Part shown: piece by piece, positions 19,275 to 24,000 of the stretch
Position numbering within the stretch: the first letter of the stretch is position 1
Layout: the number at the start of each line of letters is the position of its first letter
Assembly (NCBI GenBank): GCA_035654835.1
Contig: DASRVZ010000008.1
Coordinates: 13,815-37,814 of the forward strand
DNA: 24,000 bases
Source of the DNA: Dermatophilaceae bacterium
GTDB lineage: Bacteria; Actinomycetota; Actinomycetes; Actinomycetales; Dermatophilaceae
Reading direction: 5' to 3'
Position numbers and translations under genes: made by a program
The notes under the pieces: generated by a model
Told to the model about the DNA's origin: nothing
Database searches by the model: none
What the model saw: only the letters and a program-made list of their open reading frames with translations

Positions 19275-19916
19275 TCAGACATCGCGAGCCAGCATGAAGA
19301 ACTCCTGCCGCGAGCGCGCGTCCTCGCGCAGTACACCGTGGACAGAGGAGGTTATGGTCCGCGAGCCCCTGGCCTGGACCCCGCGCATGGACATGCACAT
19401 GTGCTCAGCCTCGATCACGACGCCGACTCCCTTCGGGGCGAGGTGCTCCTTCAGCCACGTCGCGACCTGGACGGTGAGCCGTTCTTGAACCTGGAGGTCG
19501 CGGGCGAACAGTTCGACGACGCGGGCCAGCTTGGACAGGCCGAGAATCCGTTTGCCCGGCAGGTAGCCAACGTGGGCTACCCCGGAGAACGGCAGCATGT
19601 GGTGCTCGCACAGGGACTGCACTGGGATGTTCTTGGCCAGCACAAGCTCGTCATAGTCCTCGTCGTTGGGGAAGGTCGTGAGGTCGAACTCACGTGGCGT
19701 GAGCATCTCGGTGAGCGACTCCGCCACCCGGCGGGGGGTATCCGCGAGGTGCGGCGAGGAGGGGTCACGGCCAAGGGCCAGAAGAAGGTCGCGCACCGCC
19801 CGTTCAGCGCCTGGCAGGTTGACTTCTTGGCGGCCATGCACAACGCGCAGACGCCGACCTCCATCCGATCCGCCGATCGGTACCGCGACCTCATGCTCGA
19901 GTTCGGCAGTGCTCAT
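19275..19916 (-). CDS. folE: GTP cyclohydrolase I
   Basis: Diagnostic motifs SLCEHHMLPF, GLSKLARVVELFARDLQVQERLT and VIEAEHMCMSMRGV. RBS GAAGGGACGGG lies before ATG 19916. Confidence 0.93.
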   Translation of the reverse strand: MSTAELEHEVAVPIGGSDGGRRLRVVHGRQEVNLPGAERAVRDLLLALGRDPSSPHLADTPRRVAESLTEMLTPREFDLTTFPNDEDYDELVLAKNIPVQSLCEHHMLPFSGVAHVGYLPGKRILGLSKLARVVELFARDLQVQERLTVQVATWLKEHLAPKGVGVVIEAEHMCMSMRGVQARGSRTITSSVHGVLREDARSRQEFFMLARDV

Positions 19917-19941
19917 GGCCCGTCCCTTCTGAGAAATGTTC

Positions 19942-19974
19942 GTCCAATGTCTGTCGAATGTCCGTCGAATCTAG
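19942..19974. repeat. Three head-to-tail 11-bp direct repeats: GTCCAATGTCT / GTCGAATGTCC / GTCGAATCTAG
   Basis: Read directly from the sequence. The array lies 26-58 bp upstream of the folE start codon, in the folE/TPR divergent region. Confidence 0.85.
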
Positions 19975-20440
19975 TTATCCATCAACACCCTCGGGTGGGA
20001 TCGATATTCCCGCCGAGCTGATTGGTACTGTGAGCCGCGTGGAAGCGGACGCCTACGACCTGTACCGCTCCGCCCAGCGCTTGCTCGAGGAGCGAGAGGC
20101 GCCGGCTGCCGTGCCACTGCTCGAGCGGGCAGCTCGTCAGTTGCCGGATGAGCGCGCGATACTGCGCCTGCTGGCCCTTGCGCTCTATGCCTCGGCGTCC
20201 CTCACCGCAGCGGAGCCCCTCCTGCGGCGCCTAGTCGATGCCGACCCGCTCGATGCGGATTCGCTCCACATGCTCGGGAAGACCCTTGAGCTGACCGACC
20301 GACCAGAGCAGGCGCAGCAGTATTACGCCCTGGCCGGACAGCTCACCCCTGCGTACGCGGTGAGCTGCCAGGCGTGGGGCGGGAAGCGGGTCCCGGCTGA
20401 CGCGACCTGTGCGATGGCGCCAATGACGTCGGCCGGCTGA
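19958..20440 (+). CDS. TPR-like repeat protein (start uncertain: ATG 19958, GTG 20030 or GTG 20039)
   Basis: About three helical-pair repeats with a TPR-like pattern: AYDLYRSAQRLLEEREAPAAVPLLERAARQLPDE..LLALALYASASLTAAEPLLRRLVDADPLDADSLHMLGKTLELTDRPEQAQQYYALAGQLTP. ATG 19958 lies inside the 11-bp repeat array, so a later start is plausible. Confidence 0.55.
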   Translation: MSVESSYPSTPSGGIDIPAELIGTVSRVEADAYDLYRSAQRLLEEREAPAAVPLLERAARQLPDERAILRLLALALYASASLTAAEPLLRRLVDADPLDADSLHMLGKTLELTDRPEQAQQYYALAGQLTPAYAVSCQAWGGKRVPADATCAMAPMTSAG

Positions 20441-20536
20441 TATCTGCAATGTCCACCCAGCCCAGACTGTCAACGACGTCATCCATCGCTGCGTCCACGC
20501 GTGCGCTGTCCGCAACAACAGCACAGGAGGCTCACC

Positions 20537-20812
20537 ATGCGCAGCCAGGCACGTCATACGGTCATCACGATGGCACTATCCGTGCTCGCGGCCCTTGCCG
20601 GGTTCGTCGTCGCGGTCATCGTCATCCTGAACCTGCACATCCTCGTGGGCCTCGAGGATGGCTACGCCGCCAGCCCAGCTGACGTCTTAGCGTGGTCGGT
20701 CCTCCTTGGAGTGGTCGACATCGCGCTGCTGGTCGCCGGCCCGGTGCTCGGGATCGTCGCCGCGTCGAGGTTTCGCAGCCGGGACAGCCGAGGCACCGAC
20801 CGGACACGGTAA
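20537..20812 (+). CDS. Small membrane protein (2 TM, 91 aa)
   Basis: AGGAGG lies 6 nt upstream of ATG 20537 (the track start at 20501 lacks an SD). Two hydrophobic helices: ITMALSVLAALAGFVVAVIVIL and WSVLLGVVDIALLVAGPVLGIVA. Confidence 0.55.
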   Translation: MRSQARHTVITMALSVLAALAGFVVAVIVILNLHILVGLEDGYAASPADVLAWSVLLGVVDIALLVAGPVLGIVAASRFRSRDSRGTDRTR

Positions 20813-20885
20813 GAGGCGTATTACTCAAGCAGCCCAGCAACCATCCGGAAGAACGACGTGGGTGATGTACGCGCGACTGACGGCG

Positions 20886-21698
20886 TCAGTTGTTGCCGCG
20901 ACGACGGCGAAGAGTGAAGTTGAAGTGTTCAGGCAGCATCCAAGAGTGGCTGACATTGATTGCCTGACCAGAACGGGTCAGTGTGACCCCCTCCAGGCTG
21001 AGGACCGGGGTCCCGGTCTTAACGTGAAGGCGCTTCGCTTGCTCCCGGTTGGCTGGCAGCGCGGTCAATGTGGTGTCCGAGTACTCGACGTGCAGTTCGC
21101 GGTGCGCGAGTAGGACGTCGAGGACCGAGCCACTGAACTCCGAGGTGACTACGTCGAAGGGGAGGACACCTTCAGGGATGTAGTCGACGACCCATGCGAT
21201 TGGGGTTCCGTGAAGCAGTTTGACTCTCCTCACTACCAGCGCCTGGCTGCCCTGCGGAACCGACATCTGCGCGGCGAGCCTGTCACCGATGGCAATCACC
21301 TCGATCTCAATCCCGCCTGTGCTGAGGGCGCCGGGATCCGCGGCTTGGGATTCGATGGAGCTGAGTTGGTTCAGGCTGGAGGGGAGAGTGCCGGCGCGGG
21401 GGAGGACTGTAGTTCCAAGCCCTTGTCGTACGTCGATGTAGCCCGAATCACGAAGGCTGCGCAAGGCCGTGCGCACGGTGATCCGTGATACTTCGTAGCG
21501 GTCGCAGAGATCAGCCTCGGACGGCATTCGTTCTCCGGGCGCGACTGCGCCGTTGAGGATCAACTCTTCGAGGATGCGGTCCCTGACCGTGTTGCTGAGA
21601 CTCGGCCGATGACCCCTGCCATTGTTGGAGATCAAGGTATTGCCACGTTGACGGCCGCGGCGGGTCGTCGTGTCAGCAGTTGATGTTCCAGTCTCCAT
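20886..21698 (-). CDS. GntR-family transcriptional regulator with UTRA effector domain (HutC-subfamily-like)
   Basis: The winged-HTH RDRILEELILNGAVAPGERMPSEADLCDRYEVSRITVRTALRSLRDSGYIDVRQGLGTTV is classic GntR. The C-terminal about 150 aa is UTRA-like. ATG 21698 (METGTS..) has GAGGGG 8 nt upstream. Confidence 0.88.
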   Translation of the reverse strand: METGTSTADTTTRRGRQRGNTLISNNGRGHRPSLSNTVRDRILEELILNGAVAPGERMPSEADLCDRYEVSRITVRTALRSLRDSGYIDVRQGLGTTVLPRAGTLPSSLNQLSSIESQAADPGALSTGGIEIEVIAIGDRLAAQMSVPQGSQALVVRRVKLLHGTPIAWVVDYIPEGVLPFDVVTSEFSGSVLDVLLAHRELHVEYSDTTLTALPANREQAKRLHVKTGTPVLSLEGVTLTRSGQAINVSHSWMLPEHFNFTLRRRRGNN

Positions 21699-21758
21699 TT
21701 GGTCGACCCCTCGTACTTGCTTTTCATCCTCCAGAAACTCATCAGTTGTCTGCTCTCT

Positions 21759-21800
21759 CAAAAGCAAACCGCGGGCGCCTCCCTGCTGAGAGGCGCCCGT
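21759..21800 (-). terminator. Rho-independent terminator downstream of the NCS1 permease gene
   Basis: Perfect 9-bp GC-rich stem gggcgcctc (21773-21781) / gaggcgccc (21790-21798), with an 8-nt loop and 1-2 extra closing pairs. It starts 15 nt after the permease stop. On the minus strand it is followed by GGTTTGCTTTTG. Confidence 0.7.
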
Positions 21801-21812
21801 GGCGTGAAGTGG

Positions 21813-23384
21813 TTATACCACTGCAGCCTCTGGCTCCGGGACCGCTTCGGATGCGACGGTGCGCATTTCCCTGAGGTCAGCGGTGCGGTCAGGGAATAGT
21901 CGAGTAAGCGCTAGGTAAGAGAGCCCGCCGCTCAAGATTGCCACGAACCAGCCATAGTCATACAACGGCTTTAGCAACGGCACGAAGCCATCGATAGGAA
22001 AGGGGCCTTGTCCAGGATTCGAGTAGGCACCACCAACTGCTAGAACCGCGCCGATCAACGTGGCAGCAACGGCGCGCCAGTTCCAGCCGCGGGTGAACTC
22101 ATAGGCTCCGTCGCGCACGTAGAGTCCGGGCAGATCGAGAGCGGTTTTGCGCACGATCCAGTAGTCGACGATGAGCACTCCGCAGATTGCGCCGAGTAGT
22201 CCGCCGGTCGAACCAAGCCAGGTCATGACATACATTTGCGGATTCTCGAGCAGGCGCCAGGGCTGGATGATAACGGCGATGACGCCGGTGATGACTCCAC
22301 CGGTCTTGAAGCTGATGAGCTTCGGCGCAATATTCGAGAAATCATTGGCGGGGCTGACGATGTTCGCAGCAACATTCACCGACAACGTGGCCACAGTCAG
22401 GGCGGCCAGACCGAACAGAATGACGATTGGGTTAGAGAACTTGCCCATCAACTGGACCGGGTCCCAGATCGCCTTGCCGAACACCACAACGCTGCCGGAG
22501 GTGATGAGGACGGCCATGAACGGAAACAGCGTCATCGTGGTTGGCAGTGCGATTGACTGACCGATCAGCTGCGAGCGTTGACTCCCGCCGTAGCGCGTGA
22601 AGTCAGGGATGTTCAAACTCAGCGTCGCGTTGAAGGCGATCATGCCCATGAGGGCTGGGAAGAACACCTTCCAAAAGCCTGTACCCCAGCCCAGTTGCGA
22701 CCCTTGGCTGAGTAGTGGCCCGACACCATGGGCGCTAATGAGCATCCAAACAAGCAGGAAGCTGGCCACGACGAGGACGGCCGGGGCCGCCCAGTTCTCG
22801 AATCGGCGCACTGCACCCATCCCCCGCAGGATGATCAAGATGTTCATGGCCCAGAAGATCGCGAAGCTGAGCCACATAGTCCACGGGTGTCCGCCGATCG
22901 CTGGCGCGTTCGACCACCACTCACCGGTTAGCTGTGAGGTGACCACAAAGATCGCTTCGCCGCCAATCCAGGTCTGAATGCCGAACCAGCCGCAGGCAAT
23001 GATGCCACGCAGCACGGCAGGCAAGTTAGCTCCCAGGACGCCGAATGGTGCGCGGGCGTAGACCGGGAAGGGTATGCCGTACTTTGTGCCTGCGTGGCTG
23101 TTGGCCAGGATCGGAAGCAGCACAATGACGTTGGCCAGGAAGATCGTCAGGATGGCTTGTTGCCATCCCATGCCTAGGGCGACAAGGCCGGCAGCCAGCA
23201 TGTAGACGGGAATCGAGTGGGCCATGCCGACCCAGAGGGCCGCAAAGTTGTAGGTCGTCCAGCGCCGCTTCTCGATCGGGACCGGAGCGAGGTCATCGTT
23301 GAAGAGGCGGCTCGAGGCGATCTGACTTCTGCCCTCGTCGGTGAGGGTCTTCCGGCCGTCCGCGTGAGTTCTGACGAGCTTCAT
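21813..23384 (-). CDS. NCS1-family nucleobase/hydantoin/allantoin:cation symporter
   Basis: 523 aa with about 12 TM helices. The N-terminal region is typical of NCS1 permeases (Mhp1/PucI/cytosine permease type): NDDLAPVPIEKRRWTTYNFAALWVGMAHSIPVYMLA..GWFGIQTWIGG. RBS GAAGGGAG lies 9 nt upstream of ATG 23384. Confidence 0.9.
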   Translation of the reverse strand: MKLVRTHADGRKTLTDEGRSQIASSRLFNDDLAPVPIEKRRWTTYNFAALWVGMAHSIPVYMLAAGLVALGMGWQQAILTIFLANVIVLLPILANSHAGTKYGIPFPVYARAPFGVLGANLPAVLRGIIACGWFGIQTWIGGEAIFVVTSQLTGEWWSNAPAIGGHPWTMWLSFAIFWAMNILIILRGMGAVRRFENWAAPAVLVVASFLLVWMLISAHGVGPLLSQGSQLGWGTGFWKVFFPALMGMIAFNATLSLNIPDFTRYGGSQRSQLIGQSIALPTTMTLFPFMAVLITSGSVVVFGKAIWDPVQLMGKFSNPIVILFGLAALTVATLSVNVAANIVSPANDFSNIAPKLISFKTGGVITGVIAVIIQPWRLLENPQMYVMTWLGSTGGLLGAICGVLIVDYWIVRKTALDLPGLYVRDGAYEFTRGWNWRAVAATLIGAVLAVGGAYSNPGQGPFPIDGFVPLLKPLYDYGWFVAILSGGLSYLALTRLFPDRTADLREMRTVASEAVPEPEAAVV

Positions 23385-23449
23385 CCGCGGCTGCTCCCTT
23401 CGTATGGGCGCCCAAGCGGGCGCCTTGCTGGTTGAAGTGCTGCCGAAGC

Positions 23450-24000
23450 TCGCGGTGGTGGGCTCATTGGTTGACAGTTGTCATACAAGTACTCTCACAT
23501 CGCTACTACGTCAACCCCCGGATGTCGTCGTGATGGGTATCCGGATGCCAATCCTCGACGGCCTCGAGGCGACCCGCCGACTGATCGCTGAGCCGGTGCC
23601 GCCGCGGGTCCTGGAACTCACGACTTTCGACCTCGACGAGAACCTCTCCATGACGGCTGGGGCCAGCGGCTTCCTGCTCAAGGATGTGCGTCGGGGCCAG
23701 CTTGCGGCTGCCATCCGGGCGGTGATGCTCGGCGACGCTCTGATCGACCCGCAGGTGACCCGCCGGCTGATCGAGCGGTTCTGCCTGCTCCCCACACCAG
23801 TCTCAGGGACGCCCGAACCGCTGCGCTCGCTGACTGAGCGGGAGCTCGAAGTCCTTCGACCACGTGCTCAAAAGGGTCAGGGCCACCGCGGAAGCCGCGT
23901 GTGTCCCTGGACGTGTCCGGAGGGGGACTTGAACTCACATTCGAGCTTCCCCATCGAGGCGCATAGAGGGACGGATTGTGCTCCAGCGCAACGGTTTTGA
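23450..24000 (+). pseudogene. Degraded NarL/LuxR-family response regulator
   Basis: Recognisable receiver-domain remnant: ..VVGSLVD...PDVVVMGIRMPILDGLEATRRL..LTTFDLDE..GASGFLLKD..LAAAIRAVMLGDALIDPQVTRRLIE..LTERELEVL. Signs of decay:
- The N-terminal acidic pocket is missing; it would lie under the NCS1 start region.
- The phospho-acceptor Asp is Gly (MGIRMP instead of MDIRMP).
- The HTH is lost after ELEVL. An HTH-like remnant (..DHVLKRV..) appears only in another frame. Confidence 0.6.
23472..23488. promoter_or_regulatory. Overlapping palindromes TGACAgtTGTCA (23472-23483) and TTGTcatACAA (23478-23488); candidate GntR-type operator / promoter element for the NCS1 gene
   Basis: Seen directly in a locally AT-richer patch about 90-105 bp upstream of the permease ATG. 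The GT-Nx-AC core symmetry is typical of GntR-family operators. TTGACA (23471-23476) is also a perfect -35 hexamer on the + strand. Confidence 0.35.

Noticed and set aside
19209-20021. 270-aa + strand ORF covering folE
   Set aside because: It is antisense to an unambiguous GTP cyclohydrolase I (CEHHMLPF and HMCMSMRG motifs) and has no motifs of its own.
20815-23500. Mobile genetic element (IS, integron or genomic islet) call for the low-GC cassette
   Set aside because: No transposase, integrase, terminal inverted repeats or target-site duplication could be found by eye at either boundary. Only the compositional shift and the truncated neighbour support horizontal origin, so it is reported as a finding and not as a mobile_element feature.

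Overview
High-GC (about 65-70%) chromosomal segment that looks actinobacterial; I cannot place it more precisely from sequence alone. All family calls come from reading the translated ORFs against sequences and motifs I remember. No alignments or database searches were run.

Gene content in window order:
- 1-2092 (-): N-terminal about 697 aa of a single-chain biotin carboxylase-BCCP-(carboxyltransferase) acyl-CoA carboxylase. It runs off the left edge.
- 2553-4433 (-): a three-gene string made of a DivIVA-domain protein, a small ORF and a conserved hypothetical.
- 4852-5980: a hexapeptide/beta-helix protein and a small membrane protein.
- 6208-8261 (-): a kaiC-kaiB pair with no kaiA in the window. 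This KaiC carries a long helical C-terminal extension.
- 8613-9311 (+): a GAF-ANTAR RNA-binding regulator, transcribed divergently from kaiC.
- 9474-9962 (-): a decayed DUF3626-like gene.
- 10252-17643 (-): a five-gene choline-to-glycine-betaine operon (betB, proV-like, fused proW-like, proX-like, betA).
- 17905-18360 (+): a hypothetical protein.
- 18393-19916 (-): a heliorhodopsin directly downstream of a stand-alone folE (GTP cyclohydrolase I).
- 19958-20812 (+): a TPR-like protein and a small membrane protein.
- About 20815-23500: a lower-GC (about 52-58%) two-gene cassette with an NCS1 permease, an intrinsic terminator and a GntR/UTRA regulator.
- About 23450-24000 (+): a degraded NarL-type response regulator abutting that cassette.

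No tRNA, rRNA, CRISPR array, transposase or integrase was seen.

Most interesting observations:
- The KaiA-less KaiCB timer sits back-to-back with an ANTAR regulator, which could be its output.
- folE and the heliorhodopsin form a pair, with an 11-bp x3 direct-repeat array in the folE promoter.
- The timer and the photoreceptor lie within about 12 kb of each other, flanking an osmoprotectant operon.
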